From the IMG/VR virus record IMGVR_UViG_3300011335_000270, positions 1 through 30,969 of that record: a DNA stretch of 30,969 nucleotides; one strand, given 5' to 3'. The notes below the pieces were generated by a model. It ran no database searches. It worked only from the letters and a program-made list of their open reading frames with translations, and had not been told where the DNA came from. Position numbers and translations under genes: made by a program. The stretch is from a virus. Lineage: Duplodnaviria > Caudoviricetes. Positions 1 through 8,715 of this stretch are shown piece after piece. Positions within the stretch are counted from its first letter, which is position 1; the number at the start of each line of letters is the position of its first letter.

Positions 1-947
1 TGGAGCTCACCGACCTGAAGGACATGGGCTTTGACTTAGACCTGACGGGCTTTAGCACCGACGAGATTGAGGCGCTGCTGGCTCCGGCAGGGACGGAGGG
101 GCTGACAGACGAGGATGCTGTGCCGGAGGTTCCTGAAGCCCCAGTGACCGTTTTGGGGGACGTTTGGCTGTTGGGCAAGCATCGGGTGATGTGTGGGGAC
201 TCGACCAGCATAGACGCGGTTGAGAAGCTGATGGATGGGCAGAAGGCAGATATGTTCTTTTCTGACCCGCCTTACGGGGTGTCCTACGCTGAAAAAAACA
301 AGAGTTTGAATGCAGTTTCCTTTGCCAACCGCATTCAAACTCCAATAATCAACGATCATATGACGGTCGATGAAACTGGCGAATTATGGTTTCAATCATT
401 TTCAAATGCGCATTTAGTAACAACCGATAAAGCGGTTTATTACATTTGTGGCACCCAAGGGGGCGAACTGATGATGATGATGATGATGATGATTCTAAAG
501 GCGGGTTGGCAGTTAAAGCACACAATGATTTGGGTTAAAAATAATCACGTTCTTGGGCGAATGGATTATCACTACAAGCACGAACCAATCATGTACGGCT
601 GGAAAGATGGCGAATCGCACAATTGGTACGGCGACCACAGTCAAATGTCAACTTGGGAAGTGGATAAACCCGTTAAATCAGCATTGCATCCAACCATGAA
701 GCCCGTGGAGTTGATGGAGAAAGCCATAGGAAATAGTACAAAAGCAGGAAATACTGTGCTTGATCTATTCGGCGGCTCCGGCTCCACCCTGATTGCTTGC
801 GAGAAAACAGGACGAATCAACCGCAGCATGGAGCTAGACCCCAAATACTGTGATGTAATCGTCCAACGCTGGCAGGAATTCACCGGACAGACAGCAACGC
901 TTGAGTCTGACGGTAAACCGTTTATTACATTGAAGAAAGCTGCTTAA
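1..947 (+). CDS. DNA methyltransferase (N6-A/N4-C family, beta-class motif order), 5'-truncated; probably a ParB-like N-terminal fusion
   Basis: Frame is open from position 3 (ELTDLKDMGFDLDLTGF...), so the true start lies upstream of the window. Catalytic DPPY precedes the SAM-binding VLDLFGGSGST; also HPTMKPV and ELDPKYCDVIVQRW. The acidic linker plus GDVWLLGKHRVMCGDST is typical of phage ParB-methylase fusions found upstream of terS. Confidence 0.9.
   Translation, partial: ELTDLKDMGFDLDLTGFSTDEIEALLAPAGTEGLTDEDAVPEVPEAPVTVLGDVWLLGKHRVMCGDSTSIDAVEKLMDGQKADMFFSDPPYGVSYAEKNKSLNAVSFANRIQTPIINDHMTVDETGELWFQSFSNAHLVTTDKAVYYICGTQGGELMMMMMMMILKAGWQLKHTMIWVKNNHVLGRMDYHYKHEPIMYGWKDGESHNWYGDHSQMSTWEVDKPVKSALHPTMKPVELMEKAIGNSTKAGNTVLDLFGGSGSTLIACEKTGRINRSMELDPKYCDVIVQRWQEFTGQTATLESDGKPFITLKKAA
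471..491 (+). repeat. (ATG)7 trinucleotide run encoding 7 consecutive Met
   Basis: ...ctg atgatgatgatgatgatgatg att..., read directly. Confidence 0.95.
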
Positions 948-966
948 GCTACTGGCTATAAAAAGA

Positions 967-1299
967 ATGTCATTTAAATCGCACCGTCCGACGGACAAAA
1001 CAAGGCAACAGGCGCAGAGTGCCAGCGGGCTCGGCTTGCCTCAGGATCAGATCGCTGCACTGATTGGCATCGCTCCTGACACACTAAGAAAGCACTACGA
1101 CCTCGAGCTTGGACTAGGCAAGGCGCAAGCAAGCGCTGCGGTGGCCAAGACGCTGTTCAACAAGGCTACGGTCGGCCAGGACACCACAGCCATGATCTGG
1201 TGGACTAAAGCGCAGATGCGGTGGGCTGAAACCCAAAGGCATGAGAACTCAGGGCCAGAGGGCGGGCCGCAAGAACATACCTTCCGGTGGCTTGAGTGA
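967..1299 (+). CDS. terS: Terminase small subunit (HTH)
   Basis: HTH-like GLPQDQIAALIGIAPDTLRKHY and TAMIWWTK; GTGA overlap with terL. Confidence 0.8.
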   Translation: MSFKSHRPTDKTRQQAQSASGLGLPQDQIAALIGIAPDTLRKHYDLELGLGKAQASAAVAKTLFNKATVGQDTTAMIWWTKAQMRWAETQRHENSGPEGGPQEHTFRWLE

Positions 1300-2630
1300 C
1301 GCTCCACGTCATACCCTATAAGCCTCGCCCGGCCTTTGCGCCGTTCCATAACCGCACTAAGCGGTGGTCGTGCCTTGTGGCGCACCGCAGGGCTGGTAAG
1401 ACCGTGGCGGCAATTAACGACCTTATCCGAGCAGCAGTCACCAGTAAAAGTCCCATGCCCCAGTTTGCCTACATAGCTCCGTTCCGCAGCCAGGCTAAAT
1501 CCGTGGCGTGGGACTACCTCAAGCACTTTTCGGCTACTGCGGCAGCCAGCACTAATGAGTCAGAGTTGACCGTGGATATGATAAACGGCAGCAAGGTTAG
1601 GTTGTTTGGCGCTGATAATGCAGATGCCATGCGTGGTTTAGGCTTTGATGGCATTTTCATGGATGAGTACGGCGACTTTAAGCCTAGCGTCTGGGGTAAC
1701 GTCATTCGTCCTTCACTTTCAGACTCAGACCGGCAAGGGTGGGCGGTGTTCGGCGGCACTCCTAAAGGCAAAAACCAGTTTTGGGACATAAAGCAGACCG
1801 CGGCAAGGCTTAGAGATGAGTGGTTCCTGTTGGAGCTGCCAGCTAGCAAGTCAGGTCTACTGCCGGCCGGCGAACTAGCCGCGGCGAGGGCGCAGCTCTC
1901 CAAAGACCAGTACGATCAAGAATATGAAATTTCATTCGAAGCGAGTATCTTAGGGGCGTTTTTCGGCACAGAGATGCGCGAGGCGGCAGAGCAAGGGCGT
2001 ATATGCCGCGTGGATTACCAGCCAGAAGTGCCCGTCCATACCGCTTGGGACTTAGGATACCGCGACGACACCGCTATTTGGTTCTATCAGGTCATCAGGG
2101 GCGAAATTCACATCATTGACTACTACGCGGTATCTGGCGCAAACATAGCAGAGCTGGCGGCGGTTATTACAAGCAAGCCTTACAACTATGGCAAGCATTA
2201 CCTACCGCATGACGCCAGGGCTAAGACGCTGGCGGCGCAAGGTAAGAGCATCATTGAGCAAATGGCTGAGTATCTGGGTATCAACAACCTAGCTATCGTG
2301 CCTGACTTAAGCGTTCAGGACGGCATCCAGGCGGTGCGCCAGATGCTGCCTAATACATGGTTTGATGCTGAGCGTTGCGACGAAGGCATGGAAGCGTTGC
2401 GCCAATACCAGCGCGAGTATGACGAGGACAAGAAAGCGTTTAGACAGACGCCGCGGCATGACTGGTGCTCGCATCCGGCCGACGCTATGCGAATGCTGGC
2501 AATAGCCTGGCGCGCCGAGCCGACCGTCAGGGCGCCGGATGTGGTCAAGCCGCTGATGGTCGGACCAGAAAACACCGTAACACTTAATGACATGTGGGCA
2601 ACCGCAAAATCAAGGAGCAAGAGATTATGA
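1296..2630 (+). CDS. terL: Terminase large subunit
   Basis: Walker A-like HRRAGKT, Walker B GIFMDE, coupling motif GTPKG, RNase H-like nuclease motifs AWDLG and HPADA. Confidence 0.95.
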   Translation: MTLHVIPYKPRPAFAPFHNRTKRWSCLVAHRRAGKTVAAINDLIRAAVTSKSPMPQFAYIAPFRSQAKSVAWDYLKHFSATAAASTNESELTVDMINGSKVRLFGADNADAMRGLGFDGIFMDEYGDFKPSVWGNVIRPSLSDSDRQGWAVFGGTPKGKNQFWDIKQTAARLRDEWFLLELPASKSGLLPAGELAAARAQLSKDQYDQEYEISFEASILGAFFGTEMREAAEQGRICRVDYQPEVPVHTAWDLGYRDDTAIWFYQVIRGEIHIIDYYAVSGANIAELAAVITSKPYNYGKHYLPHDARAKTLAAQGKSIIEQMAEYLGINNLAIVPDLSVQDGIQAVRQMLPNTWFDAERCDEGMEALRQYQREYDEDKKAFRQTPRHDWCSHPADAMRMLAIAWRAEPTVRAPDVVKPLMVGPENTVTLNDMWATAKSRSKRL

Positions 2631-2950
2631 GTGGCGTCAGTTATCCGTATAGGTATTCTTACGAACATGTCGCAGCAAGCCAAACCGCGCAGGTTTTGGG
2701 TACGGCGGGCGTAAAAGGCGATTATCTGCACCGCATTGTTTGCACAGTCACAACCGCGGCAACAGGTAACGTGGTTATTGTTGACGGGTCGGGAACGGGC
2801 ATTCTTACGCATACCATTTGCCCTGCGAGTCCGGGCGGCGGGATCGGTGTTTATAACGTCGAACTCAACGCGGTTAGCCAAGACGGTGCGTGGAAGATCA
2901 CGACCGGCGCAGGTGTCGAAGTCATGGCAATTGGCATATTTAGCGTATGA
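2627..2950 (+). CDS. Hypothetical beta-rich protein (107 aa), possibly virion-associated
   Basis: ATGA overlap with the terL stop favours ATG 2627 over the track's 2594; T/G/V-rich. Confidence 0.7.
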   Translation: MSGVSYPYRYSYEHVAASQTAQVLGTAGVKGDYLHRIVCTVTTAATGNVVIVDGSGTGILTHTICPASPGGGIGVYNVELNAVSQDGAWKITTGAGVEVMAIGIFSV

Positions 2951-3102
2951 ACAAGCCTGGACTTTATGCAAATATCCTTGCTAAACAGGAGCGCATAAAA
3001 GCGGGTTCTAACGAGAAAATGCGTAAGCCTGGAACACCCGGCGCACCGACTGCTGAAGCATTCCGTGAGTCGGCAAAGACTGCAAAGCCTGTGAAGAAGT
3101 GA
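2947..3102 (+). CDS. Small basic protein, 51 aa (MNKPGLYANILAKQERIKAGSNEKMRKPGTPGAPTAEAFRESAKTAKPVKK); not in ORF track
   Basis: Fills the gap exactly, with ATGA and GTGA overlaps at its ends; translated by hand. Confidence 0.8.
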   Translation: MNKPGLYANILAKQERIKAGSNEKMRKPGTPGAPTAEAFRESAKTAKPVKK

Positions 3103-3695
3103 TTGCTTGCGTCCTAAAGTCAGGTGGCGACTTCAAGCCAGCGCACGTTTACGCGTTGCAGGAGATGTGCGACCGTTTCCTGCCGGGCGAGGAGTTCATC
3201 TGCCTGACTGACATGGAGCTTGACTGCCCGACGCTGGCGCTCGACCACGACTGGCCGGGCTGGTGGTCGAAAATTGAGCTATTCCGGCTGCCGAGTGCGC
3301 TCTACATGGATTTGGATACCGTCTTGGTTGGCGACTGCACCGCAATGCTAGAGGCGGCAAGACCGCACGACTTTGTGATTATGCGCGACGTCTACCGCGG
3401 CAAAGCGGATCCGCGGGCGATGCAGAGCAGCCTGATGTGGTGGTCGAAGCCGCATCAGTTCATCTATGACGCATTTAAGGCGGGAGACCGCTACTGCGAC
3501 GGCGGCGACCAAGTCTATTTGGAGTGGGCGCTGCGTAACCATCCGGTCAAATACTGGCAAGACATTACGCCCGGCATTAAATCGTTCAAGGCCGACATAC
3601 TGCCGAACGGGGTGCAGGCCGAGGATCGTTTAATCGCGTTTCACGGCAAGCCGCGGCCGTGGGAGCAGACGAGGGTGCAATATGCGACTGCATGA
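3099..3695 (+). CDS. Putative GT-A fold glycosyltransferase (GT8-like)
   Basis: FICLTD, WWSKIELF, DxD motif LYMDLD, GGDQ and C-terminal AFHGKPRPW (HxxGxxKPW-like). Confidence 0.75.
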   Translation: MIACVLKSGGDFKPAHVYALQEMCDRFLPGEEFICLTDMELDCPTLALDHDWPGWWSKIELFRLPSALYMDLDTVLVGDCTAMLEAARPHDFVIMRDVYRGKADPRAMQSSLMWWSKPHQFIYDAFKAGDRYCDGGDQVYLEWALRNHPVKYWQDITPGIKSFKADILPNGVQAEDRLIAFHGKPRPWEQTRVQYATA

Positions 3696-4290
3696 GGGCT
3701 GGGCGGTTCCTGACGCTGACCAGTGCTGCATTCAAGCAGTTCTGGCCGAGGTGTGCGATTTGGGCGCTAGTCTGGATTTGTGCCGGGACTTTAGAACGGC
3801 GATACAAGCCGGTGGGAATGTGGGCGTGTATCCGGTGGCGTTGGCGCAGAAGTTCCAGCGCGTCTACACCGTGGAGCCTGACGCAGCAAACTACGAGGCG
3901 CTGGCGCTCAATACCGACAGTCACCCGCGAATAGTGATTCGGCGGGCTGCGTTTGGCATGGAACACGGCAAGGCGGCGATAGACCAGATATTCCCCGACA
4001 ACATCGGCGCGCACCAGATCAAAGAGGGCGCAGAGTTTGACGTCCTGCCAATTGACAGCTTGGGCGTCACCGACTGCGACCTGCTGCAGCTTGACGTTGA
4101 AGGCTCGGAGCACTTGGCCATTTTGGGCGCCATCTCAACCATCGAGGCGAGCTGGCCGGTGATTACGCTAGAGCTCAAAGGCCACGGCGAGCGATACGGC
4201 TACACCGACGATGACACGATCAACCTCTTGGCCGACATGGGATACAAGATTGCCGACCGGGTTAACAGGGATGTGATATTCACAAAATGA
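3682..4290 (+). CDS. FkbM-family SAM-dependent methyltransferase
   Basis: AIQAGGNVG (motif I), VYTVEPDAANY, LLQLDVEGSE, PVITLE. Confidence 0.85.
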   Translation: MRLHEGWAVPDADQCCIQAVLAEVCDLGASLDLCRDFRTAIQAGGNVGVYPVALAQKFQRVYTVEPDAANYEALALNTDSHPRIVIRRAAFGMEHGKAAIDQIFPDNIGAHQIKEGAEFDVLPIDSLGVTDCDLLQLDVEGSEHLAILGAISTIEASWPVITLELKGHGERYGYTDDDTINLLADMGYKIADRVNRDVIFTK

Positions 4291-4574
4291 GCGCAGCTTG
4301 GACACGAAAAGAAGGAAAAAACCCTGCTGGTGGATTAAACGCCGCAGGCCGAGCGAGCTACAAGGCCGAGACTGGCGGCACGCTTAAAGTGCCGGTCAAA
4401 GCAGGCGACAACCCGCGGCGTGCGTCATTTCTGGCGCGCATGGGCAACATGCCGGGGCCGATGGAAAAGAACGGCGAGCCGACGCGCTTGGCGCTTGCGT
4501 TGCGGGCGTGGGGCGCGAGCAGCAAGGCCGACGCCAAGAGTAAAGCCGCAGCAATATCGAACAGGAATAAATAA
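4287..4574 (+). CDS. Small basic hypothetical phage protein
   Basis: 95 aa, K/R/G/A-rich (AWTRKEGKNPAGGLN...RRASFLARM); overlaps both neighbours. Confidence 0.8.
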   Translation: MSAAWTRKEGKNPAGGLNAAGRASYKAETGGTLKVPVKAGDNPRRASFLARMGNMPGPMEKNGEPTRLALALRAWGASSKADAKSKAAAISNRNK

Positions 4575-6919
4575 TGGAACCAACCAGCACAGGCGTTGAC
4601 AAGTGGCTGAACATCATCAGCCAGTACGACAACGAATTCAAGAAGTGGGAAGCGCGCAGCGCGAAGATCGTTAAACGCTACCGCGACGACAACCGCAGCC
4701 AGCATACCAACGAAACCGCCAAATTCAATATTCTGTGGAGCAACGTCCAGACGCTGATTCCGGCGGTCTATGCCAAGCTGCCGAAAGCCGTGGCGGCGCG
4801 CAGGTTTGGTGACAATGATCCGGTCGGCCGGGTGGCCGGCCAGCTGATTGAGCGCGCACTAGACTTTGAGATCGAGCACTATCCCGACTTCCGGTCGACC
4901 ATGAAACACGCGGTCGAGGATCGGTTTCTCGGCGGGCGCGGGACTGCTTGGGTGCGCTACGAGCCGCATGTCAGGCAGCTGGGCATTCCAGAGGACGGGT
5001 TGCAGGTTACTGAGGACATCGACAATGAGCCAGCAGAAACCGCCGAGGGCGCCGAGAATCCAGAGAATCAAGACTACACGGCAGGCGAGGCCGAGCCGCA
5101 AGAGGAAATTGAATACGAGTGCGCCCCAACCGATTACGTTTATTGGAAGGATTTTGGCCATTCTGTTGCGCGCACTTGGGAGGAAGTGACCTGCGTCTGG
5201 CGCTGGGTTTACATGACCAAAGACGCGCTGACTGAGCGTTTTGGCGCCAAGATGGCCAAGTCAATACCGCTAGACAGCGGCGCCGAAACGCTGGCGACCT
5301 ATGGCCAGAGCACGAAAGAACGCACCAGAGCGAAGATTTGCGAGCTGTGGGACAAGGAATCTGGCAAGGTTTACTGGCTGTCGAAGAACTGCCCGACGAT
5401 CATAGACGAGCGCGACGATCCGCTGGAGCTTGACCAGTTCTTTCCTTGCGCGCGACCCCTTTACAGCACCACTACCAGCGACAGCCTTATTCCTGTGCCG
5501 GACTTTGTGATTTACCAGGACCAGGCGAACGAGCTTGATATTCTGTCAGACAGAATCGACGGGCTGGTTAAGGCGTTGAGAATCCGCGGTGTCTACGACG
5601 CTAGCCAGCCGGCGCTGCAACGGCTCTTGACCGAGGGCGACAACAATACGCTGATCCCGGTCGACAAGTGGATGGCGTTTAGCGAAAAAGGCGGGCTGAA
5701 GGGCAGTATCGACATCTTGCCAATCGACATGCTGGCCAGCGCGCTGCTTAATTGCTACCGCGCGCGCGATGACATAAAAGGCCAGATTTACGAGATTACC
5801 GGCATTAGCGACATCATCCGAGGTCAGAGCGCCGCCAGCGAAACCGCGACCGCACAGCAAATTAAAGGCCAGTATGCCGGGCTCCGGCTGCGCTCAATGC
5901 AAGAGGAAGTGGCGCTGTTTGCCAGCGAGCTAATCCGGCTGAAAGCGCAGGTCATCTGCACCAAATTCCAACCGCAGACGATTCTGCTCTACGCCGCTGC
6001 CGGCCAGATGAGCCCGGAAGATCAGCAGATGATCCCGCAGGCCATTGAGCTCATGCAAGACAACCCGTTGCGCAACTTCCGCATTGAGGTTGATGCCGAC
6101 AGCCTGGTGCAGCTGGACGAGCAACAAAACAAAAAGGATCGCGTCGAATTCATTACCGCGTTTGGCGGGTTGTTGCGCGAGGCGTTGCCGGTTGGCCAAT
6201 CCTCGCCGGAGCTGATCCCGATGTTGGTCGAGGTAATGAAATTCGGCATCAACGGATTCAAGCAGGCCAAACCGATAGAAGGCACGTTGGATGCTGCGCT
6301 CGACCAGCTGAAAGAGAAACAAAAGCAAGCCGCGGCAAATCCCCAGCCTGCACCACCAAATCCAGAAATGATGCAGATTCAAGCGACCCAGCAGCTGGAG
6401 CAGGCAAAGATGCAAGCGACCGCGCAGGCCGACCAGATGCGGGTGCAGGCCGACATGCAATCGGCGCAGATGAAGGCACAGCTCGACAGCCAGATTGCCC
6501 AAGCGAAAATTGAGGGCGAGATGCAGCTGGCGCAGATGCAGGCGCAAATCGACGACCAGAAAATGCGCCACGAAATGGAAATGAAAGCGCAGGAGGTTAA
6601 ATCTGTTGACGACTTTAACCGCTGGAAATCCGAGCTTGAGGCAGCGACCAAAATCATGGTTGCGCGCATAGGTGCTAATCCCGGCGTGGATCTGCAAACC
6701 GCTGAAGCGGCTCAGGCGGCATCTGACCGGGTGGCGCAGGAGCTGGGCGCCGGGGTGTCTAATGCGCTTAATCAAGTGACCGTCCTGCACGCCGACATGG
6801 CCAACAAGCACGACGAATCGTTGCAACAGGTAAAGCAGGCGCTGTCTGCATTGATGGCGCCTAAGCGCATTGTGCGCGGCCCTGATGGGCGCGCTGTTGG
6901 GGTTGAGATTGCACAGTGA
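4574..6919 (+). CDS. Portal protein with long C-terminal Q/A/M-rich coiled coil
   Basis: 781 aa, between terL and scaffold; EITGISDIIRG...ETATAQQIK segment typical of podophage portals; helical C-terminal extension as in P22-type portals. Confidence 0.85.
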   Translation: MEPTSTGVDKWLNIISQYDNEFKKWEARSAKIVKRYRDDNRSQHTNETAKFNILWSNVQTLIPAVYAKLPKAVAARRFGDNDPVGRVAGQLIERALDFEIEHYPDFRSTMKHAVEDRFLGGRGTAWVRYEPHVRQLGIPEDGLQVTEDIDNEPAETAEGAENPENQDYTAGEAEPQEEIEYECAPTDYVYWKDFGHSVARTWEEVTCVWRWVYMTKDALTERFGAKMAKSIPLDSGAETLATYGQSTKERTRAKICELWDKESGKVYWLSKNCPTIIDERDDPLELDQFFPCARPLYSTTTSDSLIPVPDFVIYQDQANELDILSDRIDGLVKALRIRGVYDASQPALQRLLTEGDNNTLIPVDKWMAFSEKGGLKGSIDILPIDMLASALLNCYRARDDIKGQIYEITGISDIIRGQSAASETATAQQIKGQYAGLRLRSMQEEVALFASELIRLKAQVICTKFQPQTILLYAAAGQMSPEDQQMIPQAIELMQDNPLRNFRIEVDADSLVQLDEQQNKKDRVEFITAFGGLLREALPVGQSSPELIPMLVEVMKFGINGFKQAKPIEGTLDAALDQLKEKQKQAAANPQPAPPNPEMMQIQATQQLEQAKMQATAQADQMRVQADMQSAQMKAQLDSQIAQAKIEGEMQLAQMQAQIDDQKMRHEMEMKAQEVKSVDDFNRWKSELEAATKIMVARIGANPGVDLQTAEAAQAASDRVAQELGAGVSNALNQVTVLHADMANKHDESLQQVKQALSALMAPKRIVRGPDGRAVGVEIAQ

Positions 6920-7260
6920 ACGGCGGATGGGACACAGGCACCTGGGATGATGCGACATGGGACTATGTAAGCCAGATTGTTGAATTTGACACGCACGACG
7001 GCGACTATCTTAAAAAGAAGTTTGCAAAAGAGGTGGCCGACGCAGCGCGACGCAAAGCTGAGATTGTTTACGCATTTGAGAGAATAGTAGAAGGCAGGCC
7101 GGAAGCGGCAGCAGAGATTGCCGAGCCGTTTATGGAAAAGCTAGCCAGCACTGAACCGGCTATTGATTACGACCGGATGCTGGCTGATTTGGATAGGGTG
7201 CAGCGGATCCGGGATCTGCACCTTGAATTAGACGATGAGGACGTTTTAGCGCTGATATGA
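6916..7260 (+). CDS. Hypothetical acidic protein with N-terminal WDxxx repeats
   Basis: GWDTGTWDDATWD; GTGA and ATGA overlaps with neighbours. Confidence 0.75.
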   Translation: MNGGWDTGTWDDATWDYVSQIVEFDTHDGDYLKKKFAKEVADAARRKAEIVYAFERIVEGRPEAAAEIAEPFMEKLASTEPAIDYDRMLADLDRVQRIRDLHLELDDEDVLALI

Positions 7261-7586
7261 GAAAAACCTACATTCAGATCGACGGCAAGCTGGTTGAGAA
7301 GTCGGAGTATTACGCCGAGCCGGTGGCGCCGGGCATCATGCCGGATATCCAGCCGTATCAGTCTATGGCAGATGGCAGCATGATTACCAGCCGCAGCCAG
7401 CATCGAGCCCACCTCCGGCAGCACAACTGCATCGAAATCGGCAACGAAAAGATGAAAAGCCGGGCGCCAGTCGTAAAAGACACGCGTCGCGAGGTTTTGA
7501 GGGAGCAGGTGGCCGGCATGACGCACGACCAGGCTAACCGAGTGCTGGCCAAGCTGCGCGACGATATTCGTTTTATCCGTAGGTAA
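7257..7586 (+). CDS. Hypothetical phage protein
   Basis: 109 aa coupled ORF containing PYQSMADGSMITSRSQHRAHLRQHNCIEIGNE. Confidence 0.75.
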   Translation: MRKTYIQIDGKLVEKSEYYAEPVAPGIMPDIQPYQSMADGSMITSRSQHRAHLRQHNCIEIGNEKMKSRAPVVKDTRREVLREQVAGMTHDQANRVLAKLRDDIRFIRR

Positions 7587-7605
7587 ACCCCCACAGGGAG
7601 CAATA

Positions 7606-8610
7606 ATGTCCGATTTAAATGAGATTGTGCCGGTAGAAAACCAAGACAGCCGCCGAGATATGCTTTCCCAGCAATTTGACGAGGTTGCCGAAGCGACGCC
7701 GGAACCGGCAAGGGTTGAACCGGCAAGGGCTGAAAAGCCGCGGGACGAGGCTGGCAAGTATGCCAAGCCTGCGCCGCAGGCAAAAGCAGAGCCCACCGAG
7801 CCGGCCGAGGAGCCGCTGTGGAAACGCCCGCCAGCGAGTTGGAAAAAAGATTACCACGAGGACTGGAAAACCGCACCGGCGCGCATTCAGGAGTATGCCT
7901 GGCAGCGTGAGAATGAGATGAAAGCTGGCGTTGAGCCGCTTATCAGTAAGGCGCAATTTGCCGATCAAATGCAGGAGGTGCTCAACCCTTACATGAACAC
8001 GATTCAAGGGCTGGGCATCGACGCGCCGGGCGCGGTCAAGGCTCTGATGGAGGCCGACCACGCGCTGCGCTACAGTAATCCGCAGGAAAAACGCCAATAT
8101 TTTGCTAGACTTGCACAATCTTACGGAGTAAATTTATCCGATATGGGCGACCAGCCACAACTGGCGCCGACTGATCCGACCATCTACGCACTGCAAAACG
8201 AGCTGAACAGCGTTCGTGGCGAAGTGCAAGGATGGAAGCAGGCACAGGAACAGCAGCAGAATCAGGCGCTTTTGGGTGAGATCAACAGTTTCAGCCAGAA
8301 AGCCGAGTATTTTGAAGAAGCGCGACCGGTAATGATCCAGCTCCTACAGAGCGGTGTGGCCAGCGACTTAGACGACGCGTATCAAAAGGCTTTACGCTTA
8401 GATCCGAACCTTTTTGAGAGTGTCCAGGCCAGCAAACAAGCTGAGCTAGACACGGCAAAGAGAGCGGCAGCAAATAAAGCTGCCAAGTCGGCGCGAGCGG
8501 CAGCGGTGAGCGTGCGAGGATCCACACCCGGAACCGTGACGAATACCAAAGCAAATGATCGCCGGGCTTTGCTGGCAGAGCAATTTGACAGCATGAGCGA
8601 CCGGCTCTGA
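7606..8610 (+). CDS. Capsid scaffolding protein (putative)
   Basis: Immediately before the capsid gene; acidic P/E-rich N-terminus, PPASWKK, helical Q/A-rich body; GGAG RBS. Confidence 0.75.
   Translation: MSDLNEIVPVENQDSRRDMLSQQFDEVAEATPEPARVEPARAEKPRDEAGKYAKPAPQAKAEPTEPAEEPLWKRPPASWKKDYHEDWKTAPARIQEYAWQRENEMKAGVEPLISKAQFADQMQEVLNPYMNTIQGLGIDAPGAVKALMEADHALRYSNPQEKRQYFARLAQSYGVNLSDMGDQPQLAPTDPTIYALQNELNSVRGEVQGWKQAQEQQQNQALLGEINSFSQKAEYFEEARPVMIQLLQSGVASDLDDAYQKALRLDPNLFESVQASKQAELDTAKRAAANKAAKSARAAAVSVRGSTPGTVTNTKANDRRALLAEQFDSMSDRL
7702..7731 (+). repeat. Two-copy 15-bp tandem repeat (EPARV EPARA)
   Basis: gaaccggcaagggtt gaaccggcaagggct. Confidence 0.85.
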
Positions 8611-8634
8611 TTAACTTGATTTGGAGATAATAAA

Positions 8635-8715
8635 ATGGCTTTTGCCAATTCTTCGATCAGCGACATCATCGCGACTAACATTCAAAGTCGTAGCGGTGAG
8701 CTGGCCGACAACGTT
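8635..8715 (+). CDS. Major capsid protein, exon 1 (MAFANSSISDIIATNIQSRSGELADNV)
   Basis: Strong RBS (ggagataataaaATG); 27 codons, then an in-frame TAA at the intron start; joins exon 2 in frame as ...ELADNV|TNNNALL.... Confidence 0.9.

Noticed and set aside
5930-6958. 342-aa antisense ORF over the portal, and similar shadow ORFs such as 27136-28107
   Set aside because: They lie opposite well-supported genes, have no recognisable motifs and are expected from codon bias.
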